Positions 40,002 through 51,586 of a stretch of 64,000 nt of DNA are shown here, piece after piece. Position numbers and translations under genes: made by a program. The notes below the pieces were generated by a model. That model was given only the letters and a program-made list of their open reading frames with translations. It did no database searches and was not told the origin of the DNA. Origin of the DNA: an uncultured virus (IMG/VR IMGVR_UViG_3300019135_000021) (Duplodnaviria; Heunggongvirae; Uroviricota; Caudoviricetes); the IMG/VR virus record IMGVR_UViG_3300019135_000021, one strand, 5' to 3'. Positions within the stretch are counted from its first letter, which is position 1. The number at the start of each line of letters is the position of its first letter.

Positions 40002-41135
40002 TTGAGATATGACAAAGATAAATTAAAAGAAAGTTTATCAATTAAAGACATACATAAGATTTTGCAAGAACTTGGCAGTGAGACATATAAAATAGATAAC
40101 AGCGGAAATCCAATCTACAGAACAGTCTGCCACAATAAAACAAAGGGGAGTTTTAAGCTTTATTACTACCATGAAAAACAGCTGTTTCACTGTTATACAG
40201 AATGTGGGGACACTTTTGATATTTATGAGCTGGTAATCAGGGCTAAAAAGCAGCAAGGGATTTCTTTCACATTTATACAAGCGATTGAATTTGTGGTTAA
40301 TGTGTCAGGCAAAACTTTTGGACTGGGCTTTACTTCTTCAACTAAAAATGAACATATTGTTGACGATTGGGATTGGATTTCCAAGTTCAAAAAACGAAAG
40401 AAAATTGAAACAAGGCTGCCAGCATACAGTGAAAATGTCTTGGATGTTTTTATGAAATATCCCCATGAGGCCTGGCTTAATGAAGGGATTAGCCATGAAA
40501 CTATTACAGATTTCGAAATCGGGTACTATTTTCGAAATCGGGAGGAAGGAATTGTTATTCCTCATAGAGATATCGCTGGAAGGCTAATCGGCATAAGAAG
40601 ACGCTCAATGATTCAAGAAGACATAGACAATGGACGAAAATATATGCCGTTAACCGTTGGGAATATGATGTACAATCATCAAACAGTAATGAACCTGTAT
40701 GGACTACATAAAACACAAAAAGCAATTAAACGCTTGAAAAAAGCAATGATTTTTGAATCGGAAAAATCAGTTTTAAAATGTCAGGATTTCTATGGGGATT
40801 TGAATTTTACCTGCGCTGTTTGTTCAAACAATATTTCAAACTTCCATAGAGACATTCTTCTTTCGTTAGATGTAGACGAAGTGTTTATTGCCTTAGATAA
40901 ATTTAGGGGGATTAAGGAAGGAGAAAGCAACGATAAGTACAAAGAAAAGCTAAAAAACTATGAAGAAAAAATTTTGAAATTAGCAGCAAAATTTACGCCA
41001 TTTATGCGTGTATATGTTCTCTGGGATACAAAAGGGTTACTTGATTATAAAGACAGCCCAGCCGACAAAGGGAAGGAAGTTCTTGAGGAGTTGATGAGTA
41101 ATAAAATTGAAATTGGAACAAGAGAAGGTGAATAG
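40002..41135 (+). CDS. yorJ: DNA primase (Zn finger + TOPRIM)
   Basis: CH...HCYTEC; IFESEKS; FIALD. Confidence 0.85.
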   Translation: MRYDKDKLKESLSIKDIHKILQELGSETYKIDNSGNPIYRTVCHNKTKGSFKLYYYHEKQLFHCYTECGDTFDIYELVIRAKKQQGISFTFIQAIEFVVNVSGKTFGLGFTSSTKNEHIVDDWDWISKFKKRKKIETRLPAYSENVLDVFMKYPHEAWLNEGISHETITDFEIGYYFRNREEGIVIPHRDIAGRLIGIRRRSMIQEDIDNGRKYMPLTVGNMMYNHQTVMNLYGLHKTQKAIKRLKKAMIFESEKSVLKCQDFYGDLNFTCAVCSNNISNFHRDILLSLDVDEVFIALDKFRGIKEGESNDKYKEKLKNYEEKILKLAAKFTPFMRVYVLWDTKGLLDYKDSPADKGKEVLEELMSNKIEIGTREGE

Positions 41136-41138
41136 TTT

Positions 41139-42860
41139 TTGAAATATAAATTAATTGGCAATAATGATTTTTGTTTTTCTCCTTTAAAAACCATACTTAA
41201 GAACAGAGGAATTGAAGATATTGAAGGTTTTTTAAGTTTATCTGAGGACGCAGTAAATCATTATTCTAACCTAATTAATATTGATGAAGCAGCAGAATGT
41301 TTAATAAAGCATCTCAGAAAAAAGGCTAGAATTTTTATTCAGGTAGACAGTGACGTTGATGGAGTTACTTCAAGCTCTATTATTATTAACTATATAAAGA
41401 GAGTGTTCCCTGAGGCCAATATTGAATGGAGAATGCATGAAGGAAAGCAACACGGGATAATTTTAGAAACTATACCTGAAGGCGTGGATCTTGTCTTAAT
41501 ACCCGATGCAGGCTCTAATCAATTTGAAGAACATCTCGTCCTTAGGCAAAAAGGGATCGATGTAATAGTAATTGATCACCACGAGTGTGATAAGGAGTCC
41601 AAAAATGCAATTGTGGTAAATAATCAGCTCTCACCGAAGTATAAAAATAAAGCTTTGACTGGTGCGGGTATGGCATATAAGCTCTGCCAAGCTTTAGATG
41701 AAAAACTCGGAAAAAATGAAGCAAAACGATTTATAGATCTTGTGTCTGTCGGGAACATTGCGGATTCGGCAGATTCAAGGGAGCCAGAGACGCGATACTA
41801 CATGAATCAAGGTCTCAAAAAGGTAAGAAATCCTTTGATTAAAGAGCTTTTCATAAAACAAGCGTACTCAACCAAAGGGAAAAAGAACATACAGAACACA
41901 CAGTTCTATATCAACCCACTAATTAATGCAGCAATTCGTATAGGCTCCCAAGATGAGAAAGATCAGATGATGAGATCGCTGCTCGAATCTAATGAAGAGA
42001 TATATTACAAAAAACGTGGAAAAGATGAGGGTGAACTGGTATCGATTCATTGGGATACAGCTAGAGTATTGGGGAATATTAAACAGCGCCAAAAGAAAAT
42101 GGTTGACAGTGCGGTATTGGAAATCGAGAAGCGGATTGAAGAAAAAGGACTGTTAAAAAATAAGATTTTAATAGTTTATATTGAAGGAATTTTAAACAAG
42201 AACTTAACAGGGCTTGTTGCGAATCAGTTAGCAGCTGAATACAAAAGACCAGTTTTATTGGCTAGGGAACTTGAAGATAGAACTCTAGGAGGATCAGGAA
42301 GGGGATACGACAAAGGGGCAGTTAAAAATTTCAAGCAGCTCTTAGAGGAAACAGGTAAATTCGAGTTTGTCGAAGGACATGCTGAAGCATTTGGATTCAG
42401 CATAACACCAGAAAATTTAATTCAGGTCAATGATATTCTTAATCACAAATTGAAAGATATTGTGATTAATCAAAATGAGTATGAGGTTGATTTTGAGATT
42501 GCTGCGGACAACCTCACTGAACGATTTATTAAGCTAATCAATAGTTACCAAGACTATTGGGGATACAAAGTAGAGGAACCGTTGCTCGCTATTACTGATA
42601 TTGAAATAAACAAAGAAGATATCAGTCATATTGGGAAAAAAACAAAGAATACTGTAAAGTTCAAGGTTGGCGGAATTGAATACATGAAATTTAAAAGTGA
42701 TGAGGAATTCTATGAATCTCTCATCAATAGAGGAGATCGATTGGTACTTACTGTAATCGGAAGAGCTAAAGTAAATGAATATAAGGGTAAAGAAACACCT
42801 CAGATCGAAATCGAAGAGATGGAGGTGGTGAAAGCAAAGAAAAAAGTGCTTGTTTTTTAA
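41139..42860 (+). CDS. yorK: RecJ-like DHH ssDNA exonuclease
   Basis: DSDVDG, IDHH, GSGR, GHAEAFG. Confidence 0.9.
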   Translation: MKYKLIGNNDFCFSPLKTILKNRGIEDIEGFLSLSEDAVNHYSNLINIDEAAECLIKHLRKKARIFIQVDSDVDGVTSSSIIINYIKRVFPEANIEWRMHEGKQHGIILETIPEGVDLVLIPDAGSNQFEEHLVLRQKGIDVIVIDHHECDKESKNAIVVNNQLSPKYKNKALTGAGMAYKLCQALDEKLGKNEAKRFIDLVSVGNIADSADSREPETRYYMNQGLKKVRNPLIKELFIKQAYSTKGKKNIQNTQFYINPLINAAIRIGSQDEKDQMMRSLLESNEEIYYKKRGKDEGELVSIHWDTARVLGNIKQRQKKMVDSAVLEIEKRIEEKGLLKNKILIVYIEGILNKNLTGLVANQLAAEYKRPVLLARELEDRTLGGSGRGYDKGAVKNFKQLLEETGKFEFVEGHAEAFGFSITPENLIQVNDILNHKLKDIVINQNEYEVDFEIAADNLTERFIKLINSYQDYWGYKVEEPLLAITDIEINKEDISHIGKKTKNTVKFKVGGIEYMKFKSDEEFYESLINRGDRLVLTVIGRAKVNEYKGKETPQIEIEEMEVVKAKKKVLVF

Positions 42861-42875
42861 ATGGGAGGGAATGCT

Positions 42876-45408
42876 GTGATTGGATGTCATTGTCATACGT
42901 GTAAAAGCAACATCAGGCTGCTGGATTCTACCAATTCAGTAAAAGGGTTGCTTGAAACAGCGTTAGAAATGAATTATAAAGGACTAGCTATAACAGATCA
43001 TGAAGTTCTGTCAGCGCATCTGGAAGCAATTCAGACTGTCCGAAGCATGAAAAAAGAGGGGGAAATGCCTCAAGATTTTAAGCTTATCCTTGGCAATGAA
43101 GCATATCTGGTTGATTCTTTAGAAGAAGTAAGAGACAACTACCAGCCTGGTAAAACAAAATTTCCTCACTTCTTAATGCTGGCTGTTGATGAAAAAGGAC
43201 ATGAACAGCTAAGGATTTTATCATCTAAAGCATGGGAAAATTCTTTCTACACTGGAACTATGGAAAGAGTACCTACAGTGAAAAAAGACGTGGAAGATCT
43301 TCTCAAGAAAGATCCTGGTCACATTATTGCAACCACGGCATGTCTAGGGTCGGAAGTGAATATTTACTTACAGAAGATCATGGAAGTTGAAAAGAACGAT
43401 GGAGATCCTGAACTAATTAAAGAATACAAATTAAAAATACATCAGTTTATTACTTGGTGTATTGATGTATTTGGGAAAGATAAATTTTTTATTGAGTTGC
43501 AACCTGCTTTGAGTGAGGAGCAGATTTATTGTAATAAAAAGTTGGTTCAGATAGCGGATGGCTATGGCTTAAAAAGAATAGTAACCACTGATGCTCACTA
43601 TTTAAGACCCGAAGACAGAGCAATACACCAAGCATTCTTGAATGCCAAAGACGGGGAAAGAGAAGTTGACTCATTTTATGAAGCTTGTTTTGTGCAAAAT
43701 GTAGATGAGATCCATGAAAGAATGAATTATATCGATAAAGAGATTGTTGAAGAAGCAATTCAAAACACTCTTTTAATTGGTGAAATGATTGAAGATTATA
43801 CGATTGAGCATGAGCCCATTATTCCTAAAATGGAACTGCCAAACTTCAAATTGAGGCATTTGTTTAAACCAGCCTACGATAAGTATGAATACATAAGAAA
43901 AATGTCGGAGTCAAAGGATGACCAAGACAGGTATTTATTAAAGCTTATTGAAGACGGGTTTGAAAATAAACTTCTAAAAAATGATCTAACAAGAGATGAA
44001 TTTCATAAAATTCTATCCAGAATTAATGTTGAATTGGGTGAGTTATGGGAGATCAGTCAAAAGCTAAATCAATCGATGGCATCTTACTATGTAACTGTAA
44101 GGGAAATCATTAATATTATTTGGGATGATGAATGTGGAGGAGACAGTTTAGTTGGAGCCGCAAGAGGAAGTGCAGCAGGATTCTTAATCAATTACTTGCT
44201 TGATAATACACAGATTAATCCAATGCAATACGACTTGCCGCATTGGAGACATATTCATAAATCGAGGCCGGATCTTCCGGATATTGACATAGACACTGAA
44301 GGATCAAAAAGAGAAAAGATACTCAAAGCACTTCGCGAAAGATTTGGAGAAAAACGTGTTCTGCAGATAGCTACATTTGGGACAGAAGGATCTAAATCGG
44401 CACTTCAAACTGCGTGTAGGGGATTGGGAATAGATAATGACATATCACAATTTCTAAGTGAAATGATTCCATTTGAAAGGGGATCAAACTGGCCTCTCAA
44501 ACACTGTTTTTATGGAGACGCGGAAACAGGTAGAAAGCCAATTAAAGAATTTATTAGGGAAGTTGAGCGCTATCCCAATCTTAAAGAAACTGCTTTAAAA
44601 ATCGAAGGACTAACCAATAAACGCTCATCACATGCTGCTGGGGTAATTATTTTTAATGATAAGTATACAAAGTCTAATGCAATGATGAAGACTCCTAATG
44701 GGGCATATATTACCCAATTCAATATGGGTGACAGTGAAGCAATGGGATCTGTAAAATTTGATCTTCTTACGATTGAAGCATTAGATAAGATCCGTGTAAC
44801 TCTTGATCAATTGATCGAAAACGAAGAAATTCAATGGCAGGGCTCTTTAAAAGAGACGTATAACAAATACATTCATCCTGATGTGCTTGAGTATGAAGAC
44901 GCAAGGTTATGGGAAATGGCCGGGAATGGAGAAATAATGGATTTGTTTCAGTTTTCAACGGAGGTCGGCCATCAAGCAGTAATAAAAGTTCAACCTAAAA
45001 ATTTGCTTGAAGCTGCTGTTACAAATTCTTTAATGAGACTCATGTCAGATGGCGAAGAGCAACCCGTAGACACTTATGTGAAATATAAAAACAATTTGTC
45101 ACTGTGGTACGAGGAAATGCGTAAATACGGCCTAAGTGATGATGCAATAAAGGTAGTTGAGAAGCATTTAAAAGACATCTATGGGGTTGCTGACACGCAA
45201 GAAGTTGTCATGCAAATGGTAATGGATAAAGAAATAGCAGGGTTCGATATTAAGGAATCAAACTATTTAAGAAAATCCATAGCTAAGAAAAAAGAGGACG
45301 TATTAAAAGAGGTTCAGAAATTATTCTTCAAAAAGGGGAAGGAAATTGGAGCGTCAGATAACCTTTTGAATTATGTATGGAATGTTCAATTTAAAAGACA
45401 GTTTGGGT
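42876..45408 (+). CDS. yorL: DNA polymerase III alpha (DnaE), exon 1
   Basis: PHP motifs HCH/TDH; ARGSAAG, PDIDID; ends ...KRQFG+T. Confidence 0.93.
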
Positions 45409-46420
45409 TAAATGATAGCCCGTATGTGGTGAACCTGTAAAAGCAGGGTGTGTCCTCTTCTAAGGATGCTAACGGTGGAACTCTAAGGGAGAAATCCTAT
45501 GACAATACCGTGCCAAGCCTAGGTTACTAGGAAGGTGTAACGACTATCCCATTTGGGAGTAGTTAGTAGGTGAAATCCCTACTTACGAAGCGCCACACAT
45601 CTACGCTTAAGGAGGTGATAAAGATGGAAGAATGGAAAAGAATTTATATAAATGGGACAGAAACAGTTTATGAAATATCAAACACTGGCAGATGCAGAAA
45701 CATAACAAAAAAATCATGGAAAACAAAGGGGGTTTTAAGGCCGAGAGTAAACAATAAAAGTGGATATGTTCAATACTGTATTGTTCATCAAAGTAAGAAA
45801 TATTATATGTATGCACATAGATTAGTTGCAACGTACTTCCTCGAAGAAAATAAGAATTTACAAGTTAATCATAAAGATGGTGACAAACAAAATAATCACA
45901 AAAATAACTTAGAATGGGTAACAGGGAAAGAGAATATGCGTCATTGTTTTGACACTGGCTTATCTAATATTCCAAAGCCGATAGTTCAATATACACTAAC
46001 AGGACAAAAAATTGCTGAATATAAGTCAGAAAGCGAAGCAGCACGAGCACTTAACATTGATGTAAGAACAATTTGTAATGGACTGATTAACAAAGAAGGA
46101 AGTCAGGCTTGTGGTTATCAATGGAGATATACAAATGACAAACGAAAAGTCAGCAATATCTCGAAGAGCGTAAAGTTTTACTCCAGAGGGGTAATACAAT
46201 TAACAATAGAAGGAGACTTTGTAAACTATTTTAGTAGTATTACTGATGCTTATAAAGTATTGAATAAAACAGACAATGGTGCAATTTCTCAGGTGTGTAA
46301 AGGAAATAGAAATTCGTTTGCGGGTTATAAATGGGTTTATGAGCAAGACTACAAAAAAAGCGTAGATGAAGATATAGTCTATTCCCCTATTTAAATATCG
46401 GGAAACCGAGGGTGTAAAAG
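45409..46420 (+). ncRNA. group I intron in dnaE/yorL
   Basis: 5' exon ends in U and intron ends in G; splicing restores QFG-YSFSLLHTLAY; ACGACTA (near 45540) and AAGATATAGTCT (near 46369) P7-type elements. Confidence 0.9.
45624..46394 (+). CDS. intron-encoded NUMOD4-HNH-NUMOD1 homing endonuclease
   Basis: EEWK..YEISNTG, AHRLVA, VNHKDGDKQNN..NLEWVT; AAGGAGGTG RBS. Confidence 0.9.
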   Translation: MEEWKRIYINGTETVYEISNTGRCRNITKKSWKTKGVLRPRVNNKSGYVQYCIVHQSKKYYMYAHRLVATYFLEENKNLQVNHKDGDKQNNHKNNLEWVTGKENMRHCFDTGLSNIPKPIVQYTLTGQKIAEYKSESEAARALNIDVRTICNGLINKEGSQACGYQWRYTNDKRKVSNISKSVKFYSRGVIQLTIEGDFVNYFSSITDAYKVLNKTDNGAISQVCKGNRNSFAGYKWVYEQDYKKSVDEDIVYSPI

Positions 46421-47817
46421 ATTCTTTTAGTTTACTTCATACTTTGGCATATTCAATCATTGCTCTACAGGAATTGAACTTAAACTATCGATATAACCCT
46501 TTATACTGGAATACAGCCTGTCTAACTGTGAACAGCGGAGGAGTCGAAAATGAAGAAGAATCTGATGACCTAGACAAAAAGAAGAAGACACAAAAAACAG
46601 ATTACGGTAAAGTTGCTTCAGCAATAGGGAATATACGACGCCGGGGAATTAAAGTTGATTTACCTGATATCAACAAGGCCGGATTTGGCTTTAAAGCTGA
46701 TATTGAAAATAACTCAATTATTTTTGGCATGAAGGGGATGAACGGTATCGGCGACGAGGTTGTTCATCAAATTATCAGCAATAGACCTTATACTGATTTT
46801 GAGGACTTTCTAGAGAGAATGTACTATAGCGGTATCATAAAGAAAGGACAGGTCATTCAATTAATAAAGGGAGGCTGCCTTGATTCATTTGGAGAGAGAA
46901 AAGATTTAATGAAATCGTTTATTTCTTTAATCTCCGAACCTAAAAGTAAGCTAACCATGTCCAATTTGAAGATGCTTATTGAAAATGATTTAGTTCCAGG
47001 GGATTTTGCATTAGAAATACGGTTCTTTCGTTTCAAAGATTATATTAGCAAGAGAGTTTTTAAAAAGGTCGATTCACCAAAAGACAAATTATTGCTGCTT
47101 GATGATATAGCATCTACTTTCTATAATGAACACTTTGATGAAAGTGGCATAGTTGATGTACATAACGGTAATCTTGTGATATCTGAAAAGGCATTTAAAA
47201 AGGAATACGACAGAAAAATGCTGAAATTGAAAAATTGGATTGGAACCCAAGAGCCTTTAAAAAAGCTAAATGATTGTCTATTTAGACAAGAATGGGAAAA
47301 GTACGCAAACGGCTCATATGGAAAATGGGAGATGGACTCACTTAGTTATTATTATCACGATCATGAGTTAAGCAATGTGAATTTTTCAAAGTACAGCATC
47401 GTTGATTTTCATAAACTGCCCGATGAACCAGTAAAAGGTCGACCATACAAGTGGAGAGGAAAAGAGCTTTATGAATATGAAACTCATAGAATTATAGGTA
47501 CAGCTCTTGATCGAGATAAAAACAAACACACAATTACATTGTTAACACCAACAGGAGTTGTTACAGTCAAACAGTGGGCTGGGAGCTTCAGTCATTACAA
47601 TAAACAAATTTCACGAAACATAAACGGAAAGAAAGAAGTTGTTGAAAAGTCCTGGTATACAAGAGGCACACTGTTAATGTTTACTGGCTTTAGAAGAGGA
47701 AACAATTTTATCCCTAAGACATATAAGAATAGTGTCTATCAGCATACGGTGTGTAAAATCGAAGGTGTAGACGCGGAAGGAAATTTAATCTTAACCTCAG
47801 AAAGAAAGCAATTATAA
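46421..47817 (+). CDS. yorL: DNA polymerase III alpha (DnaE), exon 2
   Basis: YSFSLLH..AYS, LPDINK, GMNGIG HhH. Confidence 0.92.
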
Positions 47818-47824
47818 TACGGAT

Positions 47825-48544
47825 GTGATGGAAATTTTCAAAAAACTGATAGACTCAAACAAATTAAAAGTATATAATAAATACAAAGAGTTGCAGATCT
47901 ATTCTGTAATCTTTCTATTGGGGGTGGGATCAACATTAGGCTATAAGATGATAGAGGAACACATCCAGCAGCAAAAGAAAGTTTCAATAAAAGAGCCATT
48001 TTATAAAAAGCCAGACTTCATTCGTGAAGTGAAGTTTGAAAGGCAGGTGCTGCCTCATTTAGAGACTCGCCAAGAGATTATTGAAAAGGCACAAGATAAG
48101 TATTTACATATTAAAGTAGAAGAAGTTAAAAAAAATAAACCAAAAAGCAAATTAAAAGAAAATACAAAGAGGAAAGTTTCTTTCAAACCCAAGCAAAAGA
48201 CTCAAAAGAGGCCTCACGAACAAAATCAAGCCATTAAAATGGAGGCCACGGCTTATGTTCCATTTTGCGATACTGGCTGTATAGGGACAACTAAAACAGG
48301 CTATGACGTGTCAAATACAATTTACTATAAAGGGAAAAGAGTGATTGCAGTTGATCCATCTGTAATTCCTCTGCACTCTTTAGTGAAGGTATCTTATAAT
48401 AACGATTCGTTTGAGGCTTATGCTATAGATACAGGAGGTGATATTAAAGGGAATCGAATCGATCTTCTGGTTCAATCAGAATCAATCGCAAGAGACTTTG
48501 GTCGAAGAAATGTTGATGTGAGTATCATTACAAAAGGGAGCTGA
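47825..48544 (+). CDS. yorM: YorM-like 3D-domain (cell-wall-related) protein
   Basis: EATAY...IAVDPSVIPL...AIDTGGDIKGNRIDL; true start probably downstream of the promoter at 47850-47878. Confidence 0.8.
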   Translation: MMEIFKKLIDSNKLKVYNKYKELQIYSVIFLLGVGSTLGYKMIEEHIQQQKKVSIKEPFYKKPDFIREVKFERQVLPHLETRQEIIEKAQDKYLHIKVEEVKKNKPKSKLKENTKRKVSFKPKQKTQKRPHEQNQAIKMEATAYVPFCDTGCIGTTKTGYDVSNTIYYKGKRVIAVDPSVIPLHSLVKVSYNNDSFEAYAIDTGGDIKGNRIDLLVQSESIARDFGRRNVDVSIITKGS

Positions 48545-48548
48545 TTGA

Positions 48549-48764
48549 TTGCCAAAGTATTGGACTTACAATTTGAACGATGAAGTAGAGATTAATAGTA
48601 ACGCAAAGTATGGGATGCCTTCATTTGTAGGACTTAAGGGCGTTATTATTGATAAAGTAAACAGCTGGCAATATGATTATGATGTGCTTCATTACAACGG
48701 TGAGATTGGGAGATACAAAGAATCAGAATTGAATTTAATACATAAAGTGAGTGATACATATTGA
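48549..48764 (+). CDS. small SH3-like phage protein
   Basis: ORF with GGGAG RBS. Confidence 0.65.
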   Translation: MPKYWTYNLNDEVEINSNAKYGMPSFVGLKGVIIDKVNSWQYDYDVLHYNGEIGRYKESELNLIHKVSDTY

Positions 48765-49087
48765 GATTGAATCAAAAGGCTTTTGTAGATGAAATGGGGA
48801 CAGGCATTGTTTCTTACATAGATTATGAGAATAAAATAGTGGGTATTGAGTTTGATGGTATCGGTTATGAAGAATATGATTTTGAAGATAAAGATCTTAT
48901 CTTATTGCAGTAATTAAAAGGAGTTGATTGGGGTGTATAAAGTCGACGAGAAGGTTATTGTTAATCTCTCTGGTGAAAAAGCAACTGTAAAAACAGTGGA
49001 TGAACGATATCATCAAGTAGAAGTTCAATATGAAGATGGATCTTATGAAGTGTTGGGATGGCACAAAGTCAGAGGGAAGGTGGATGA

Positions 49088-49675
49088 ATGCTGATAATTT
49101 TAGAGGGAGCTAGGGGGACTGGAAAGTCTTCAGTCGCGTATAGGCTAAGGCAGCGGTTAAAGCACAGTACATTGATTAACCCAACAGGCTTTCACGAAGA
49201 TGGTGATGAGGGACTTGCTAAGATATCAAATTATTACGAAGGAATATTCGACCTCTTATACAAATGGAAGGCGAGAGTGAGCGATTATACAACAATATTG
49301 GATCGTTTCTTCCCAACGGAGATGGTGTTTTCATCCCTATATAAGGAATATGATTTTCATCAAAAATTTAAGAGCCTTTGCCAACTGCTGCCCACACTGG
49401 ATGATGATATTTATATTTTCTTTTTTACGGTATCTAATAAGGAAGTTTTAAAAGAAAGACTAAACAGAGATAAGATTCAGTTTGGACAAGTGGAAGAAAG
49501 TGTAGAGGAGTCATTAAAGCAACAAGATGCTTATTATAAATACATAAACAAATTAAAAGAATATATTGATTGGTTTAAAAATGGAAGTATGAAGATCATC
49601 GAGATTGACACGGCTTATTTGTCTCAGGATGACGTTATTAACTTTGTAATTAGGCGCATAAAAAGGAGTGAATAA
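49088..49675 (+). CDS. P-loop nucleotide (dNMP) kinase
   Basis: ILEGARGTGKSS; LDRFFPTEMVF. Confidence 0.8.
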   Translation: MLIILEGARGTGKSSVAYRLRQRLKHSTLINPTGFHEDGDEGLAKISNYYEGIFDLLYKWKARVSDYTTILDRFFPTEMVFSSLYKEYDFHQKFKSLCQLLPTLDDDIYIFFFTVSNKEVLKERLNRDKIQFGQVEESVEESLKQQDAYYKYINKLKEYIDWFKNGSMKIIEIDTAYLSQDDVINFVIRRIKRSE

Positions 49676-49695
49676 TCACTCCTTCTACCAAGAAT

Positions 49696-50040
49696 TTATC
49701 GAGGTTCTACAGTAATCTTATAAATCACATAGTTATCATTGATATCATAAGCATAAACCAATGCTGTACCGAGTGAAGAATGGGAAGACACAACACCACC
49801 AGGACTTATGCTGATAAGATGGCTGCCAGAAACTATTTCCCATCTTGTATAGCCATTTAACAACAAAACATTAGAATTCCTTAGCATATGAAAATCCACT
49901 GTTGCAATGGCATCGGCAGGTTTTACAACTTGTTTAATTTGTGCTGGTTCATGGGCAGATGCTTGATTTGCTAACGCTGGAAGAGCCAATGAAGAAATAG
50001 ATAATGCTGAAACAATCAATCCTTTGTAAAACTTTTTCAT
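49696..50040 (-). CDS. secreted protein with Ig-like C-terminal part
   Basis: Signal peptide ending ASA; converging terminator AAGGAGTGA-ATAA-TCACTCCTT at about 49662-49684. Confidence 0.75.
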   Translation of the reverse strand: MKKFYKGLIVSALSISSLALPALANQASAHEPAQIKQVVKPADAIATVDFHMLRNSNVLLLNGYTRWEIVSGSHLISISPGGVVSSHSSLGTALVYAYDINDNYVIYKITVEPR

Positions 50041-50544
50041 AAGATTTACCCCCTAGGTTTTGATTGTGTTACAAGTCTAGTATAGCATGTAAAAATTTAG
50101 TAATGTGTGAAGTGTTTGTGAAACTGAATAAAATATCAAATTTAAACAGAGAAAGGTAAGTGAATTTGGGGGAGAATTATTTTAGAGTATTGTGGAACGG
50201 GACAAGGGTTAATCTTAAATTCCCGACTAAAAAGAAAGCAATTGCATACATAAACAAACGAAGAGCGTTCAATTGTGAGATTCAAGAGCGCACATATGAT
50301 CACAAGCTGGTGAATAGTTGGATTATCCATACATACTGATCGGAGGGAAGAAACATTAGCCATCCTTATAAATTCATAGTTGATCACTTAGATTTGATTG
50401 AAGATCGGCTTGATAAGCTGTATACATATTTGGAGAATACATTTACACATGAAGAAAGAAGAGCATGGAAACGAGTAGAGGAAGATTTGATTTTTTCTCT
50501 TATGAAAATCAAAGAAATTAAAAATGAAATTTGGTGAATTCTTA

Positions 50545-50573
50545 TTTACATAAACAAATTAAAAGGATATAAT
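50545..50573 (+). promoter_or_regulatory. sigmaA promoter with ACAAATTAAAAG in the spacer
   Basis: TTTACA-17bp-TATAAT. Confidence 0.75.
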
Positions 50574-50599
50574 TAAAACGTGATTTTAGAGGTTGAATA

Positions 50600-50821
50600 A
50601 TGAACTACATATGTGATATCTGCAAAGGATACACCGCACAACCGTTATGTGTAAGGGTATCTGAAGAGAAAGTTAAAACAGAAGAAGACAGAATTGAAAT
50701 CAACTGTTGTAAGAAGTGTGGTGATGAAATATTTTACAAGGTTAAAAACGAATGCCGAGGGATGAATATTAAGAAAACATTAAATCATATAGGTCGTAAT
50801 TATCCCCATAAAACTAATTAA
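50600..50821 (+). CDS. Zn-finger-like protein
   Basis: CDIC...CCKKC. Confidence 0.65.
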   Translation: MNYICDICKGYTAQPLCVRVSEEKVKTEEDRIEINCCKKCGDEIFYKVKNECRGMNIKKTLNHIGRNYPHKTN

Positions 50822-50917
50822 AAAGATAATTTGTAATAGAGCGTGGGGATATTCCTCTTGTAATTTCCTAGGCAAGCGCACGTTGTGACAAAATAGATAT
50901 AGGAGAAGATAAAAGCA

Positions 50918-51088
50918 ATGCAGTTAGCTATCAATATTCTTGAAATCATTGGTTGTATTCTGATTGGGATTATCTCTTTGGATGAAGAGAGAAGAAGGTT
51001 TCACTCTAATGTACATACGATTATAGCATTATTGGCTGGATTATCATTTATAACAGCAGCATTGTTATTGATTATCGGTTTGATTTAA
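50918..51088 (+). CDS. 56-aa two-TM membrane protein
   Basis: AGGAG RBS; MQLAINILEIIGCILIG...LLLIIGLI. Confidence 0.55.
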   Translation: MQLAINILEIIGCILIGIISLDEERRRFHSNVHTIIALLAGLSFITAALLLIIGLI

Positions 51089-51187
51089 TAAAGGGAGGTG
51101 TATCAATATTCTTTATCAAGGACTTGCTTTTTTGCTTAGCAGTACTGGACTTGTTCATTAAAGCAATCAAAATCATAGCAGAAGCGG

Positions 51188-51577
51188 ATGTTTGATTTTA
51201 AGGAGGTGAGATTTTTGAATTTATTCAGTAGAGGTAAAACAAGCACATTCATTAGCGGTAACGGTAAGGTCAATATTAATGGGGTTACATATGAAGGAAA
51301 TAGCATTACGATAACCAATAACGAAGTTCTTATTGATGGGAAGGCTGTAGAGAGCTCTGTATCTGGAGTGGTTAAGGTTAAAATCGAAGGCAGCCCAGTT
51401 AAAGTTTACTCTGATGCTTCTGTTGAAGTGAGAGGTGACGTCTTAGGTGATGTTGATTCAGGAGGAAGTGTAAATTGTGGCAATGTTAAAGGGAATGTAG
51501 ATGCTGGGGGAAGTGTCCGTTGTGGAACTGTAGGCGGAAGTGTAGACGCGGGTGGCAGTGTAAGCATGAGAAGATAA
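51188..51577 (+). CDS. Gly/Val-rich beta-helix-like repeat protein
   Basis: Tandem V-x-G-x-V-D-A-G-G-S-V repeats; likely start TTG near 51215. Confidence 0.75.
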   Translation: MFDFKEVRFLNLFSRGKTSTFISGNGKVNINGVTYEGNSITITNNEVLIDGKAVESSVSGVVKVKIEGSPVKVYSDASVEVRGDVLGDVDSGGSVNCGNVKGNVDAGGSVRCGTVGGSVDAGGSVSMRR

Positions 51578-51586
51578 TAAAAGGAG

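Noticed and set aside
45409..45440. Stop at 45440 (and 55281 in nrdE) read as pseudogenisation
   Set aside because: Both are explained by group I introns whose removal restores conserved motifs in frame.
45570..45623. N-terminal extension of the intron endonuclease given in the ORF track
   Set aside because: A strong SD precedes ATG 45624; the upstream sequence is intron core.
50142..50537. Possible gene in this interval
   Set aside because: Only fragmented frames were seen; likely a decayed ORF that I cannot assign.
51406..51570. Short nucleotide repeats in the Gly/Val-rich gene
   Set aside because: They are explained by the protein repeat.
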